Shown here: in pieces, positions 22,884 to 36,505 of the stretch | Layout: every line of letters begins with the position of its first letter | Position numbering within the stretch: the stretch's first letter is position 1 | Assembly (NCBI GenBank): GCA_965261735.1 | Contig: OZ253470.1 | Location: 1,824,001-1,888,000, forward strand | Origin: Alphaproteobacteria bacterium | Lineage (GTDB): Bacteria > Pseudomonadota > Alphaproteobacteria > SHVV01 | DNA length: 64,000 bases | Reading direction: 5' to 3' | Notes under the pieces: generated by a model | What the model was told of the DNA's origin: nothing | The model's input: the letters and a program-made list of their open reading frames with translations, nothing else | Databases searched by the model: none | Translations under genes and position numbers: made by a program

Positions 22884-24102
22884 TGATGGCGATGTAGCCG
22901 TGGGTGAGGTCGCAGGTCCATACCGTGGCGCGGCCGCGTCCGACACCGACATCGACGGCAATGGCGATCTGATCGCCGCGCATGTAGCGGGCGACCGGGG
23001 CCTCGACGTAGTCGGGACGGACGGCGCCTCCGGCGGCCACCGGCCACGCGCCGATGCGAATGGCGAGCCGGTCGCGCTCGGCCGCCTCGCCCGACTTGCC
23101 CACCGCCATGACGATGCGGCCCCAGTTGGGGTCGCCGCCGGCGATGGCGGTCTTCACCAGGGGCGAGTTCGCGATCGAGAGCGCGATGCGCCGCGCCGCG
23201 CGCGCCGACTCGGCGCCCGAAACCGTGATTTCGACGAACTTGGTCGCCCCTTCGCCGTCGCGCACGATCTGGCGCGCGAGGTCCGCCATCACGGCTTCGA
23301 GCGCGCGCGCGAAGTCGGCCAGGCGGGGATCGTTCGCGCGTGTGATGCCGGCGGCGCGCGCCCGGCGCCCCGTGGCGAACAGCAGCACGGTATCGCTCGT
23401 CGAGGTATCGCCGTCCACCGTGATGGCGTTGAAGGTGCGCTCGTTGGCGCGGGCGAGCAGGCGCCGGAGCACGGGCGCGGGCAGGCTCGCGTCGGTGAAG
23501 AGGAACGCGAGCATGGTCGCCATGTCCGGCGCGATCATGCCGGAGCCCTTGGCGATGCCGATAATGTTGACCGGCTGGCCGGCGATCCGCGCGCGCGCGC
23601 CGGCGCCCTTGGCGAAGGTGTCCGTGGTCCGGATCGCCTCCGCCGCCTGGCGCCAGCCGCCGGGCTTCAGCGCTCGTGTAAGCCGCGCTAGGGCGGCCGT
23701 GATGGGGGCGGTGTCGAGGGGCTCGCCGATGACACCGGTGGCGGCCACCATCACCTCCCGAGGCCGGCAACCGATGTGCCGCGCGGCCGCGGCGGCGGCC
23801 GCCGCCGTCGCCTCGGTTCCAGCCCGGCCCGTGAAGGCATTGGCGTTGCCGGCCGTGACCAGCAGGGCCCGCGCGCCGCCGCCCTTGAGCGCGGCGCGGC
23901 ACCAGTCGACCGCCGAGGACGCGGTTTTCGAGCGCGTGAGCACGCCGGCCACGCTCGTCCCGGGCGCTACCTCGACGAGTAGCAAGTCGCGGCGCTTGCG
24001 GTAACGCACGCCGGCCGAAATGGTCGCCAGGCGCACGCCGGAAACCGGCACGAGTAGGGGAAAGGAGCGCGGCGCGAGCGGCGAGCGCGGGGGCCTGGGC
24101 AT
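22864..24102 (-). CDS. argJ: Glutamate N-acetyltransferase/amino-acid acetyltransferase
   Basis: [42 protein letters not shown]. Confidence 0.97.
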   Translation of the reverse strand: MPRPPRSPLAPRSFPLLVPVSGVRLATISAGVRYRKRRDLLLVEVAPGTSVAGVLTRSKTASSAVDWCRAALKGGGARALLVTAGNANAFTGRAGTEATAAAAAAAARHIGCRPREVMVAATGVIGEPLDTAPITAALARLTRALKPGGWRQAAEAIRTTDTFAKGAGARARIAGQPVNIIGIAKGSGMIAPDMATMLAFLFTDASLPAPVLRRLLARANERTFNAITVDGDTSTSDTVLLFATGRRARAAGITRANDPRLADFARALEAVMADLARQIVRDGEGATKFVEITVSGAESARAARRIALSIANSPLVKTAIAGGDPNWGRIVMAVGKSGEAAERDRLAIRIGAWPVAAGGAVRPDYVEAPVARYMRGDQIAIAVDVGVGRGRATVWTCDLTHGYIAINADYRS

Positions 24103-24220
24103 GGCGGTACGGATCGCCTCTCCTGCGCCGCCGGGTGCGGGCGGCGGCGGATGTTACAGGCGCTCGCCAGGGCGAACAAGCGGCGCCCGGGCCGGCGCTT
24201 GCGCGCATTCCGTGCGGTCG

Positions 24221-24248
24221 TTGACACAGCGGGCGCCGCCCCTTATCT
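24221..24248 (+). promoter_or_regulatory. Putative secA promoter
   Basis: TTGACA followed by CTTATCT (sigma70/RpoH-like spacing). Confidence 0.4.
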
Positions 24249-24304
24249 GTCGAAGGGAAAAGCCGCGACGTGGCGCGGACGACGCCCTCTCCCGGAAATC
24301 GGAC

Positions 24305-27034
<2,730 letters not shown>

Positions 27035-27099
27035 CCGCGCCCGGCGCCCGTGTTCCGCCGCGCGGGTCCGCCGCGGCCGATAGTGCAGAGGAGGGCGCC

Positions 27100-27456
27100 A
27101 TGATCATCGGTGCGCACACCATCGTTTTCAGCAAGGACGCCGAAGCCGACCGCGCCTTCTTTCGCGACGTTCTCGGCTTCAAGGGCGTGGATGCGGGCGG
27201 CGGCTGGCTGATCTTCGCTCTACCCCCGGGCGAGGCCGCGTTTCATCCCTCGGACGAGAACGACGTCCACCGGTTCTACCTGATGTGCGATGACCTGGCG
27301 GCCGAAATGGCATCGCTTAGGGACAAGGGCGTCGCCTGCTCCGAGGTCGACGAGCAACGCTGGGGGTCGATCACGGAAATCGAGCTTCCCGGTGGCGGCA
27401 AGGTCGGCCTCTACCAACCCAAACACGCCACCGCGTTTTCCCTAGGCTCGGACTGA
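27100..27456 (+). CDS. VOC/glyoxalase family protein
   Basis: AFFRDVLGF, GGGWLIF, YLMCDD, WGS...LPGGG.GLYQP. Confidence 0.85.
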   Translation: MIIGAHTIVFSKDAEADRAFFRDVLGFKGVDAGGGWLIFALPPGEAAFHPSDENDVHRFYLMCDDLAAEMASLRDKGVACSEVDEQRWGSITEIELPGGGKVGLYQPKHATAFSLGSD

Positions 27457-27483
27457 CGCCGCTACCGCCGAGGTCGGCGCCCC

Positions 27484-28182
27484 TCAGCCTCGGGCTTGAA
27501 CCACCCGATAAATGTCGTCGTAGAGGTGGAAGGTCATGTCGACGGTTTGTTGGACGACCTTGAGGACGTGGGCGCGCGCGGCCTCATCGGCCGCGAAGTC
27601 GTCGAGGAGTTCCTTGCCGATCCCGGAGTGATCCTCGTCGGCCTCGTCGTGGACGACCCAGAAGGCGACGGCCTTATCGTCGAGGCCGAACTTCTCCTTG
27701 AGGCCTGCGGCCAGGTACCGGAACACGCCCGGCCCGTGGGCCTCGGCCGCCAGCATGTGGGCCGACACCGCCTCCAGAAAGCTCGCATTGCAGCGCCCCT
27801 GGTACCAGCCCTGCCAGCCCAGTGCGCCGGGACAATAGGCGCAGCCGAAGAGGTCGTCGGGCGAGAGCCCGAGGCCGGCGCCAAAATCGAAGTAGAGCTG
27901 GTTGTGGGGGATGCCGTTGGCGTAGAGGCTGCCGGTGCCCTCTTCGTAGAGGACCTCGGCGATGCGCTCGCGCCACTTCGGCTGAGGGCAGTTGACGTAG
28001 ATGGGGCCGTGATAGTTGTGGTTATGGAGCGGGATGATGCCGAACTGGCGCGCGAACTCGCGCACCTGTTCGAGGTTGAAGCGCCCCTTCAGCAGGCCGC
28101 GCCACAGCGGGTGTTCGTCGAACGGATTGTCCTTGTGGATGCGCTCGATCGCAGCCAGCACGCCCTCGGTGGTTAGGGTCAT
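27484..28182 (-). CDS. Heme-oxygenase-like diiron oxidase (PqqC/CADD/TenA-like fold)
   Basis: HPLW, LYEEG...PH, AAE, FWVVHDEADEDH metal-ligand pattern; start chosen at MTLTTE. Confidence 0.78.
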   Translation of the reverse strand: MTLTTEGVLAAIERIHKDNPFDEHPLWRGLLKGRFNLEQVREFARQFGIIPLHNHNYHGPIYVNCPQPKWRERIAEVLYEEGTGSLYANGIPHNQLYFDFGAGLGLSPDDLFGCAYCPGALGWQGWYQGRCNASFLEAVSAHMLAAEAHGPGVFRYLAAGLKEKFGLDDKAVAFWVVHDEADEDHSGIGKELLDDFAADEAARAHVLKVVQQTVDMTFHLYDDIYRVVQARG

Positions 28183-28286
28183 GGCGCCGCTCCCCATTGG
28201 CCCGTGGCGTCGCCCCACCCGGGCACTAGTACGTGGTTTGCAAGGGTTTAAGTGACTCATTATTCGTCCCGCTCCTCTTATTCGTC

Positions 28287-28385
28287 CTCCTCCCCCTACC
28301 CCCTCCCACCAGGGGAGGGGAGATTATGGCGCGATGTCGAGTTCTTGGCCCTCCCCCTTGATGGGGGAGGGTAGGGTGGGGGTGA
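28287..28385. repeat. REP-like palindromic doublet
   Basis: CCCCCTACCCCCTCCCACCAGGGGAGGGG and inverted CCCTCCCCCTTGATGGGGGAGGGTAGGGTGGGGGT; each unit is a GC hairpin. Confidence 0.75.
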
Positions 28386-28394
28386 CACGCGGAC

Positions 28395-29360
28395 CTACCC
28401 AAGCACGCACTTGTGCGCCAGGGGGTGGTGCTGCACCGCCGCCTTAAGGCGCTCCTCCTGGATGTGGGTGTAGATCTCGGTGGTGGCGATGTCGGCATGC
28501 CCCAGCATCTGTTGCAGGGCCCGCAGATCGGCGCCGTGGGCCAGCAGGTGGCTCGCGAAGGCGTGGCGCAGCACGTGCGGCGAGACCTTGGCCTCGTCGA
28601 TACCGCAGTCGCGCGCGAGGCCCTTCAGCAGCTGCCCCAGGCGCTGGCGGCTCAGGTGCCCGCCGGCGGCGCGCGAGGGGAAGAGCCACGGCGAGGTGTT
28701 GGAGCCCACGGCGAAGCGTGCGCGCACGGCGAGGTAGCCATCGAGGGCCGCCCGTGCGGGAGCGCCTAGCGGTACCAGGCGCTCCCGCCCGCCCTTGCCG
28801 CGGACGAGGAGGAAGCGGTCGTCGCGCTGGGCCGCGGCGAGCGTGAGGCCGACCAGTTCGGAGACGCGCAGGCCAGTCGCATACAGGACCTCGACGAGGG
28901 CGACGAGGCGGGCACCCTCGGGCCCTTCACGCGCGTGGGCGGCGGTAAGCAGGGCCTCGACTTCGCCCTCACCGAGGATCTTGGGCAGGGCGCGGCGGCG
29001 CCGCGGGCTGTCGAGGGTCAAGGTCGGGTCGTCCGTGCGCACACCCTCGGCCAGGAGAAAGCGGAAGAACTGGCGCATGGCCGAGAGTTGGCGTGCGGCG
29101 CTCGAAGGCGCGAGGCCGCGCCCCGCGAGATGGTTGAGGTAGGCGCGCAGGTGCTTCGTCTCGGCGTCGGCCATGGCCGCGCCTCGGCGCGCGACGAAGC
29201 GCGCGAGGGCGGCGAGATCGCGCTGGTAGGACTCGACCGTGTTGGCGGCCGCGCCGCGCTCGGCCAACAGCATTTCGAGGAAGCTCTCGACGTGGCGCTC
29301 GGTTGCGCCGGCGCCGGCCCGCGAGCGAACCTGCGCGCCGCCGTCAAACGCCGCGGGCAA
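28395..29360 (-). CDS. xerD: Tyrosine recombinase XerD
   Basis: [48 protein letters not shown]. Confidence 0.95.
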   Translation of the reverse strand: MPAAFDGGAQVRSRAGAGATERHVESFLEMLLAERGAAANTVESYQRDLAALARFVARRGAAMADAETKHLRAYLNHLAGRGLAPSSAARQLSAMRQFFRFLLAEGVRTDDPTLTLDSPRRRRALPKILGEGEVEALLTAAHAREGPEGARLVALVEVLYATGLRVSELVGLTLAAAQRDDRFLLVRGKGGRERLVPLGAPARAALDGYLAVRARFAVGSNTSPWLFPSRAAGGHLSRQRLGQLLKGLARDCGIDEAKVSPHVLRHAFASHLLAHGADLRALQQMLGHADIATTEIYTHIQEERLKAAVQHHPLAHKCVLG

Positions 29361-31164
29361 GCGCCGCCTCGACCGCCATGGCCCGTGCCTCGGTCTCGAG
29401 GCCGACGGCGCTTAAGGCCGCGATCACCTCCCCGAGGATCGTCACGTTGGCGCCGGCGGGCCCGCCGTCGCCGAGCACCAGGAGCGCGAGCAGCACCGTC
29501 TCGCCGACCCGCCCGTGCGCCGCCGCGTCGCGGAAATCCCGCCACAGGCTGACCGAGGGCACATAGGCCGTCACGGTGGTCGGCGCTTCGTACAGCCTCT
29601 GCCAATCGGCGGCATCGATCTCGTAGCCGAGCGCCTCGAGCAGGGTGAGAACCAGCGCCGCATTCTCCTGGCGCTCTTCCTCCGGCAGCCCGGCCTCGTT
29701 CAGGCCGGTCCACCATAGCGCCACTAGGCCGGGATCCCACGCCGTGCGGTAGGCGGGGTCGGCCATGAAGATGAGCGGCCATGCATCGAGCACGGTGGCC
29801 GCCGCCTGCGCATCGTCGGGTGATGCGTTCTCGCGCGCGAGATCGAACCAGCGCGAGGCCGCCTTGACCTCGCCGGCGCCGAGCAGGGCCCGCACCGCGT
29901 CGCCGGCGAACCAAGCGAGACCGGCGGCGGGTTCGATGGCGAGCGCGGTGTCGCGGTTGACGCGGGCGGCGGTGCCGAAACCGCCGCGCTCGCGCCCCAA
30001 CCGCCAGGCCAACTGCAGCGCCTGTGCCCTGAGCGTGGGGTCGCGCTGGATCTTCCCCGCCTGGTAGAGGAGGGCGTTGCCGAGTGGGCCGGGCTCGTCC
30101 CTGGCGACCGTGAGGCTTGCGGCCACGTCCTCGGGCGAAAAGATGACGCTCTTGTAGATTTCCGCGAGCGCGTCGGCCGCCAGGCCGCCCACCGCTTCCG
30201 ATTGCTCGGCGGCCGTCAGCCTGACCTCCAGCGCGGCGTTCGGCGCCCTGGCGATGGCCCGCAGAATGGCCGGTGGGGCTCCGGCCACCGCATCGTCGGG
30301 GATCGCCGTCCGCGACGCCTGGAGCATGGCGAGGTGCAGCGGATCGGGATCGAGCAGGCTGGTTGGGCCGGTGGCTTCGCCGCCGCCGAGCGCATCGATG
30401 AGGCTGAAGAAGGCGGTGTCACTGTCGGCGCCGAGATCGTGGAGGAGCTCGACCCCGAACTGGGCCACCCCCTGATCGCCGCTCAGCGCCTTGCAAAAGG
30501 TCAAACCCTTGAGCCAGTACGTCTCGCTCGGGTCTTCTGCGACAAGGGTCTGGAACTCGGCGCAGGCGCCGGCGTGATCGCCGGCCAACAAGAGGGCGTG
30601 GACGCGGGCGCGCGCAAACGCGGGATCGTTGACGTGGGCCGGTGCGAGGCGCAACAGCTCGTCGGCGGCCTCGGTGTCGCCGCCCGCCGCGATTCGCTCG
30701 AGGCGCAAACCCAGGAGGCTCGGCACCGTGGGTTCACCGGCCGGAACACGCGCGGTCGACAGCAGCAGCCTGCGAGCGAGGCGCTGCATCGAGCGCGACG
30801 GCGTGCCGACCGGAAGGCGTGGTAGCAGCTGCTCGACCATGGCCCGCCGCGATCCCTGCCACATGTCGAGACCGAAGCCACCGTTGCTCTCGTCGAGGAG
30901 GCCAACCGATGAGGGGTCGACGGCCGAGAGCATTTCGACCTCCACCGTCTCCCCGGCCTGCGTCTGGGCCGGGCCGGGGGTCGACGGGGCGGGCTCCGCC
31001 GCTTGCGCCGGCGCCGGATCAGAGATCGTGGGCAACAGCTTGACCGGCGGCCCGACCTGGGCCGCCGCGGCGCCGGCCGCAGCCCACAACAGTCCCGAGA
31101 GAAGGAGGACCGAGCGCGCTCCGGCGCCGCGCGTCCGGCGCCGCCTATTTGGGGAAGCGGTCAT
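29344..31164 (-). CDS. Exported alpha-helical protein of unknown function
   Basis: Arg-rich signal peptide with AAA cleavage site, [18 protein letters not shown]; 606 aa, overlaps the xerD start. Confidence 0.8.
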   Translation of the reverse strand: MTASPNRRRRTRGAGARSVLLLSGLLWAAAGAAAAQVGPPVKLLPTISDPAPAQAAEPAPSTPGPAQTQAGETVEVEMLSAVDPSSVGLLDESNGGFGLDMWQGSRRAMVEQLLPRLPVGTPSRSMQRLARRLLLSTARVPAGEPTVPSLLGLRLERIAAGGDTEAADELLRLAPAHVNDPAFARARVHALLLAGDHAGACAEFQTLVAEDPSETYWLKGLTFCKALSGDQGVAQFGVELLHDLGADSDTAFFSLIDALGGGEATGPTSLLDPDPLHLAMLQASRTAIPDDAVAGAPPAILRAIARAPNAALEVRLTAAEQSEAVGGLAADALAEIYKSVIFSPEDVAASLTVARDEPGPLGNALLYQAGKIQRDPTLRAQALQLAWRLGRERGGFGTAARVNRDTALAIEPAAGLAWFAGDAVRALLGAGEVKAASRWFDLARENASPDDAQAAATVLDAWPLIFMADPAYRTAWDPGLVALWWTGLNEAGLPEEERQENAALVLTLLEALGYEIDAADWQRLYEAPTTVTAYVPSVSLWRDFRDAAAHGRVGETVLLALLVLGDGGPAGANVTILGEVIAALSAVGLETEARAMAVEAALARGV

Positions 31165-31285
31165 TCGGCACTACCTTCTCGATGCGCGTCAGCGGCGCCG
31201 GAATGTCCCAAGCCGCCAGGAAGATTCCGCCGCCGACAACGAGCGCGACGAATATGGCGAATACGATCAACGACGCCTTGGACAT
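31145..31285 (-). CDS. 46-aa single-TM small protein (not in the ORF track)
   Basis: [46 protein letters not shown]; overlaps the next start by 20 nt. Confidence 0.78.
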   Translation of the reverse strand: MSKASLIVFAIFVALVVGGGIFLAAWDIPAPLTRIEKVVPNDRFPK

Positions 31286-31449
31286 GCGCGCACGTTCGCT
31301 AGAGCGATGACCCTCGTGGACAAGGACAGTCCCTTCGCTGCTATGCTAGACTTGGAATATGGCAAGATCGCGACAGTGTATCGGCGCGTCCGTGTCGTTT
31401 CAACGGCCCGCCGAGCGCGGATGCGGCCAGCTGGGGCGGCCCCGGGACA

Positions 31450-32061
31450 ATGGCTAGGGGGCCCGAGCCCGAGCTTCGACGTACGCTCGTGCTCGTCGGC
31501 ATGATGGGCGCCGGCAAGAGTTCCATCGGCCGCAGGCTCGGCGCGCGCCTTGGCGTGCGCTTCGTCGACGGCGATAGCGAGATCGAGGCCGCGGCCGGGT
31601 GCTCGATCAGCGACATCTTCGAATTCCATGGCGAAGAGGCGTTCCGCGACGGTGAGCGCCGCGTCATCGCCCGCCTACTCGAAGCGCCGCCCCACGTCCT
31701 GGCGACCGGCGGCGGCGCGTTCGTCGACCCCGATACGCGCGCCCTTATCGGGCGCAAGGCGATGTCGATCTGGCTGCGTGCCGATATCGAGGTGCTGGTG
31801 CGCCGCCTCAAGCGCCGCAGCCGGCGGCCCCTGCTCAAGGACGACGATCCGCGCGACACCATCACCCGCTTGATGGACGAGCGCTACCCGATTTATGCCG
31901 AGGCCGACCTCACCGTCGATAGCATCGAGGCGCCGCACGAGACGCTCGTCGAGGGGATCATTCGCCTGCTTGTCGAGCGTCCCGAAAGCGGCCTGACCGG
32001 GGCGGCCCTATCCGGAGCGCCGCGCACGACGGCGGGGGAGGCGGCGGGACGCGCGCCATGA
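31450..32061 (+). CDS. aroK: Shikimate kinase
   Basis: GMMGAGKS, FRDGE, LATGGG, RPLL. Confidence 0.96.
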   Translation: MARGPEPELRRTLVLVGMMGAGKSSIGRRLGARLGVRFVDGDSEIEAAAGCSISDIFEFHGEEAFRDGERRVIARLLEAPPHVLATGGGAFVDPDTRALIGRKAMSIWLRADIEVLVRRLKRRSRRPLLKDDDPRDTITRLMDERYPIYAEADLTVDSIEAPHETLVEGIIRLLVERPESGLTGAALSGAPRTTAGEAAGRAP

Positions 32062-33185
32062 CCAACGAGCCGGGCGCTCCCTCCCGGGTGAGCGTGGCGC
32101 TGGGTGAACGCAGCTACGACATCGTTATTGGAAACGGCCTGCTCCGCGACGCCGGCACTTGGGCCGCTCCGCTGCTGTCGCGACCGCATGCCGCGATCGT
32201 TACCGACTCGACTGTCGCCGCGCTTCACCTGCCGACGCTGGAAGAAGCGCTCGATAGTGCCGGCATTGGCCATCGCGCGATCGTTCTCGATCCCGGCGAG
32301 GCGACCAAGGCGTTCACGCCTCTCGCGCAGCTGCTCGACGACCTGCTCGATGCAGGGGTCGAGCGCGGCGACACGATCCTCGCCCTCGGCGGCGGCGTCA
32401 TCGGCGATATCGCCGGCTTCGCCGCCAGCGTTCTGCACCGCGGCGTCGACGTCATTCAGCTGCCGACGACGCTGCTGGCGCAGGTCGACAGCGCGGTCGG
32501 CGGCAAGACCGGCATTAACACGCGGCACGGCAAGAACCTCGTCGGAAGCTTCCATCAGCCGCGGCTCGTCCTGGCCGATTCCGGCGTTCTCGATACCCTG
32601 CCGCGCCGCCAGCTGCTTTCCGGCTACGCCGAGACCCTCAAATACGGCCTCATCGACGATGCCGATTTCTTCGCGTGGCTGGAGGCGAACGGGGCGGCCG
32701 TCATCGCCGGCGATGGGCCCGCACGGCGCAAGGCGGTCGCTACCGCGTGTCGCGCCAAGGCTCGGGTGGTGGCGGCGGACGAGCGCGACAGGGGCGCCCG
32801 CGCGCTCCTGAATCTGGGTCATACCTTTGCCCACGCGCTCGAGGTCGAGACCGGATTCGGCGCGAGCCTGCTGCATGGCGAGGCGGTCGCCATCGGCCTC
32901 GCCATGGCGTTCGACCTGTCGGTCCGGCTCGGCTTCTGTGCGGCCGAGGATGCCGAGCGGGTGCGCCGGCACTTGGCGGTGGTCGGCTTGCCGACCTGCC
33001 CCGCGGATGCGGGGCTCGCGGCGGGCGAGGCCGATCGCCTGTTCGCCCACATGGGCCACGACAAGAAGGTGAGCCGCGGCAAGCTCATGCTGGTGTTGGT
33101 GCGGGGCGTCGGACAGGCCTTCCTGAGCGGCGACGTGGAAGGCGATGAAGTGTTGAACACCCTGCGGCGCGCTATGGCCGCTTGA
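32058..33185 (+). CDS. aroB: 3-dehydroquinate synthase
   Basis: GGGVIGD, PTTLLAQVDSAVGGKTGIN, LNLGHTFAH. Confidence 0.97.
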   Translation: MTNEPGAPSRVSVALGERSYDIVIGNGLLRDAGTWAAPLLSRPHAAIVTDSTVAALHLPTLEEALDSAGIGHRAIVLDPGEATKAFTPLAQLLDDLLDAGVERGDTILALGGGVIGDIAGFAASVLHRGVDVIQLPTTLLAQVDSAVGGKTGINTRHGKNLVGSFHQPRLVLADSGVLDTLPRRQLLSGYAETLKYGLIDDADFFAWLEANGAAVIAGDGPARRKAVATACRAKARVVAADERDRGARALLNLGHTFAHALEVETGFGASLLHGEAVAIGLAMAFDLSVRLGFCAAEDAERVRRHLAVVGLPTCPADAGLAAGEADRLFAHMGHDKKVSRGKLMLVLVRGVGQAFLSGDVEGDEVLNTLRRAMAA

Positions 33186-33272
33186 GGCCGCGACCGCGGT
33201 GGGCGAGGTCATCGGAGACAGACGCCGTCAGCCGCCCGGCCGCGTGCGCGGCGCGTCCTGAACGGCCCCCCA

Positions 33273-34562
33273 ATGGACACGGCACTCGTCATCTCGCTAG
33301 CGGTGATCCTCGCCCTTCTCGTTCTGTCGGCCTTCTTCTCCGGCTCGGAAACCGCGCTGACGGCGGCCTCGCACGCCCGCATGCATCATCTCGAACGCCG
33401 CGGCAGTCGGCTCGCGGGCACGGTCAACCGGCTGACCGAGCGCCGGGAGGCGCTGATCGGGGCGATCCTTCTCGGCAACAACCTCGTCAACATCCTCGCG
33501 TCGGCGCTGGCCACCAGCCTCCTTATTGGTGTGTTCGGCTCCCTCGGTGTCGTCTACGCCACGGTCGCGATGACGGCGCTGGTTGTCGTGTTTGCCGAGA
33601 TTCTCCCCAAGACCTATGCCATCCGCCGCCCCGAGCGGGTTGCGCTTGCGGTTGCCCCGGCCATTCGCGTGGCGGTGTGGCTCCTGGCGCCGGCGACGAC
33701 GGCGGTCCAGGCTGTGATCGCTGCGACCTTCAGGCTGTTCGGCTACTGGCCCGGCGAGCGCCGCAGCCTGGTGTCGCCGGCGGAGGAGATTCAAGCGGCC
33801 GCCGATCTCTACACCCGTACCGGCGGACTCGTGGGCCACGAACGCGACATGATCGGCAGCATCCTCGATCTGTCCGAAGTGGCCATTTCCGAGGTCATGG
33901 TCCACCGGCGGGCGATGTTCATGGTCGATGCCGACGAAACCCCCGAGGCGATCATCGGGCAAATCCTTAGCAGCCCCTATACGCGCGTTCCGGTATGGCG
34001 GGACAACCCGGAAAACATCGTCGGCGTACTCCACGCTAAGGACGTGCTCGCCGCCATCATCAAGAATGGCGGCGCCACGGAGGGTATCGAGGTCGTCGCG
34101 CTGGCGCGCGAGCCGTGGTTCGTGCCCGAGACGACGATGCTGCACGAGCAGCTCAACGCCTTCCGCCGCCGCGCCGCCCACTTCGCGCTGGTCGTCGATG
34201 AGTATGGGGCGCTCATGGGAGTGGTCACCCTCGAGGACATCATCGAGGAGATCGTCGGCGATATCACCGACGAGCACGACGTCGCGGCGGCGGGCATTCA
34301 TCCGGCGGCCGACGGTAGCTGCGTGGTCGACGGGACGGTGACGATTCGCGATCTCAACCGTCAGTTCGACTGGGACCTGCCCGACGAGGAGGCGACCACG
34401 ATCGCCGGCTTGACCCTGCACGAGGCCAAGGTGATCCCCGAGGTCGGCCAGGTCTTTCGCGTTCACGGCTTTCGCTTCGAGGTCCTGCGCCGCCAGCGCA
34501 ATCAGATCACGGCGCTTAGGGTCACCCCCCCGGTGCCCACGCCCGATACGCCGCCCGCGTAG
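33273..34562 (+). CDS. HlyC/CorC (CNNM) family transporter
   Basis: FFSGSETA, AEILPK, CBS pair, VVDEYG, TLEDIIEEIVG, CorC domain. Confidence 0.94.
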   Translation: MDTALVISLAVILALLVLSAFFSGSETALTAASHARMHHLERRGSRLAGTVNRLTERREALIGAILLGNNLVNILASALATSLLIGVFGSLGVVYATVAMTALVVVFAEILPKTYAIRRPERVALAVAPAIRVAVWLLAPATTAVQAVIAATFRLFGYWPGERRSLVSPAEEIQAAADLYTRTGGLVGHERDMIGSILDLSEVAISEVMVHRRAMFMVDADETPEAIIGQILSSPYTRVPVWRDNPENIVGVLHAKDVLAAIIKNGGATEGIEVVALAREPWFVPETTMLHEQLNAFRRRAAHFALVVDEYGALMGVVTLEDIIEEIVGDITDEHDVAAAGIHPAADGSCVVDGTVTIRDLNRQFDWDLPDEEATTIAGLTLHEAKVIPEVGQVFRVHGFRFEVLRRQRNQITALRVTPPVPTPDTPPA

Positions 34563-34608
34563 CGCCGATTTTGTTGCGGATAGGAGCGCGAGCGGCGCCG
34601 GCCCCGGC

Positions 34609-35484
34609 ATGATCGCCCAGCTGTTCGGCGTGATTGCGCCCTTGATCGCGTGCTCGGCGCTGGGCTACGGCTGGGCGAAGACGGGCCAGAGTTTCGACAC
34701 GCGCGGAATCGCCGCGTTGGTGTCCAACATCGGGCTGCCGTGCCTCGCCTTCACGACGCTGGTCACCGCCACCATCGACTCGCGAGCCGCCTCGGAGCTG
34801 GCGATCGCCGCCGCTCTCGCGCTGTTGGCCTTTCTCGGCATCGGCCTCGTGATCCTCAGGTCGGTCGGGCTCCCCGCCCATACCTACCTGCCGGTGGTCG
34901 CCTTACCCAACGCCGGCAATATGGGCCTGCCGGTGTGCCTCTTCGCCTTTGGCGAGCTCGGCTTGGCCTACGGCATCGTGTGGGCCATCATCGCCGCGCT
35001 GATGCACTACACCTTCGGCGTGTGGATCGCGAGCGGGCGCGGCTCGCCGGGCTTTCTGGTGCGCACGCCGCTCGTCTACGCCATCGCCATCGCGTTCGCC
35101 TTCGTGCTCACCGACGCGGCCCCGCCGGGCTGGGTGCTCGATACCACCCATCTGCTCGGGGGGGTCACCATCCCCTTGATGCTGGTCACGCTCGGCGTGT
35201 CGCTCGCGCGCCCGACCACCGTCCGACTGGGGCGCGGCCTTGCGCTCGCGCTGGCGCGGCTCGCCATGGGTTTCGGCGTCGGCCTCGGTCTTGCCGAGCT
35301 CTTCGGCCTGCACGGGATCGCCCGCGGCGTGATGATCATCGAATCGGCGATGCCGGCGGCGGTGTTCAACTACATCCTGGCCGAGCGCTACGCTCGCGCC
35401 CCGAGCGAAATTGCCGGTATCGTCGTTCTCTCGACGCTGCTCTCCTACGCGACGCTACCCTTGCTCTTGCTCGTGGTGCTGTGA
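34609..35484 (+). CDS. AEC family transporter
   Basis: About 10 TMs, PNAGNMGLP, MPAAV. Confidence 0.9.
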   Translation: MIAQLFGVIAPLIACSALGYGWAKTGQSFDTRGIAALVSNIGLPCLAFTTLVTATIDSRAASELAIAAALALLAFLGIGLVILRSVGLPAHTYLPVVALPNAGNMGLPVCLFAFGELGLAYGIVWAIIAALMHYTFGVWIASGRGSPGFLVRTPLVYAIAIAFAFVLTDAAPPGWVLDTTHLLGGVTIPLMLVTLGVSLARPTTVRLGRGLALALARLAMGFGVGLGLAELFGLHGIARGVMIIESAMPAAVFNYILAERYARAPSEIAGIVVLSTLLSYATLPLLLLVVL

Positions 35485-35792
35485 GTGTCGGGCGCGGTTT
35501 TACCGGCGCCGCCCTCATCGATGCCGGCTTCGGCCGGGGTTTCGGTGACGAGCGACAGCGCGTGGATCTGGTTGGCGAGCTCGGGCGCCAGGATCTCGTA
35601 GACCGCGCGCTGGCGGGCGATCCGCGACTGGCCGGCGAATGCGGCGGCGACGATGCGCACGCGGAAATGGCTCTCGCCGCCGGCTCGCGCGCCGGCGTGG
35701 CCCGCGTGTAGGTGCGATTCGTCCGTGATCTCGAGCGCCGCGGGCTCAAGGGCCGCCTCGAGCTTGCGCTTGATCGCCTCGGCCACGCTCAT
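35445..35792 (-). CDS. bolA: BolA family protein
   Basis: DESHLHAGH, GESHF, IHAL; start at MSVAEAI. Confidence 0.93.
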   Translation of the reverse strand: MSVAEAIKRKLEAALEPAALEITDESHLHAGHAGARAGGESHFRVRIVAAAFAGQSRIARQRAVYEILAPELANQIHALSLVTETPAEAGIDEGGAGKTAPDTHSTTSKSKGSVA

Positions 35793-35879
35793 ATAGAGCT
35801 TCCGCTTCTGCCGCCGTGGCCGCAACCATGAGGGTCGAACGGGGTCGATGTCAAGCCGCCGACGGGCGCGGTCGCGCCC

Positions 35880-35908
35880 TTGCATGGGGCTTCGCCAGCC
35901 CCCATAAT
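35880..35908 (+). promoter_or_regulatory. Putative sigma70 promoter of the J-domain/cobST operon
   Basis: TTGCAT-N17-CATAAT, 8 nt before the ATG. Confidence 0.5.
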
Positions 35909-35916
35909 TCGACGCG

Positions 35917-36480
35917 ATGGATGGATTGGATCTCGCTGGCTTGGATCCGGCGGGGCCGGAGGCGCGGCACTGCGAGCATCCGGGCTGCGCTGAAAACGGC
36001 GAGTTTCGGGCGCCCAAGTCGCGCGATAATCTTGGCAACCACTATTGGTTTTGCCTCGCCCACGTGCGCGAGTACAACTCGGCCTGGGATTACTTCGTGG
36101 GCATGACTCAAGAGGAGATCGAGAGGTATCAGCGCGAGGACGTCACATGGCACCGCCCCACTTGGCGCCTCGGGGCGCGCGCCGCGGATGCGGCGACTTC
36201 GCCGCCGCGCGATAATTTCGGCTTCTTTGGAGCGAGGGAGTCGGGACGGCACGAGCGCGGCGCTGGCGCGGCCGAGCCGTCAACCCCGGTGCGCAACGCC
36301 CTCGCGGTCCTCAATCTCGAGACGTCGGCGACCCCCGACGAGGTGAGGACGCGCTACAAGGAGCTCGTGAAGCGCTTCCACCCCGACCTCAATGGCGGCT
36401 CCAAGGACGCCGAGGAGAGACTCAAGGTTATCAACCAGGCGTACGCTCATTTGGCCGCGCGCGGCCCCACGGGGCCCTAG
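35917..36480 (+). CDS. J-domain (DnaJ-like) protein
   Basis: CEHPGC...[11 protein letters not shown]-terminus; C-terminal HPD J-domain. Confidence 0.92.
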   Translation: MDGLDLAGLDPAGPEARHCEHPGCAENGEFRAPKSRDNLGNHYWFCLAHVREYNSAWDYFVGMTQEEIERYQREDVTWHRPTWRLGARAADAATSPPRDNFGFFGARESGRHERGAGAAEPSTPVRNALAVLNLETSATPDEVRTRYKELVKRFHPDLNGGSKDAEERLKVINQAYAHLAARGPTGP

Positions 36481-36505
36481 CCTCGCCGGTCGCGCGGATT
36501 TTCAT

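Noticed and set aside
28395-29360. xerD as an island integrase
   Set aside because: Typical housekeeping XerD in its usual aroK-linked position.
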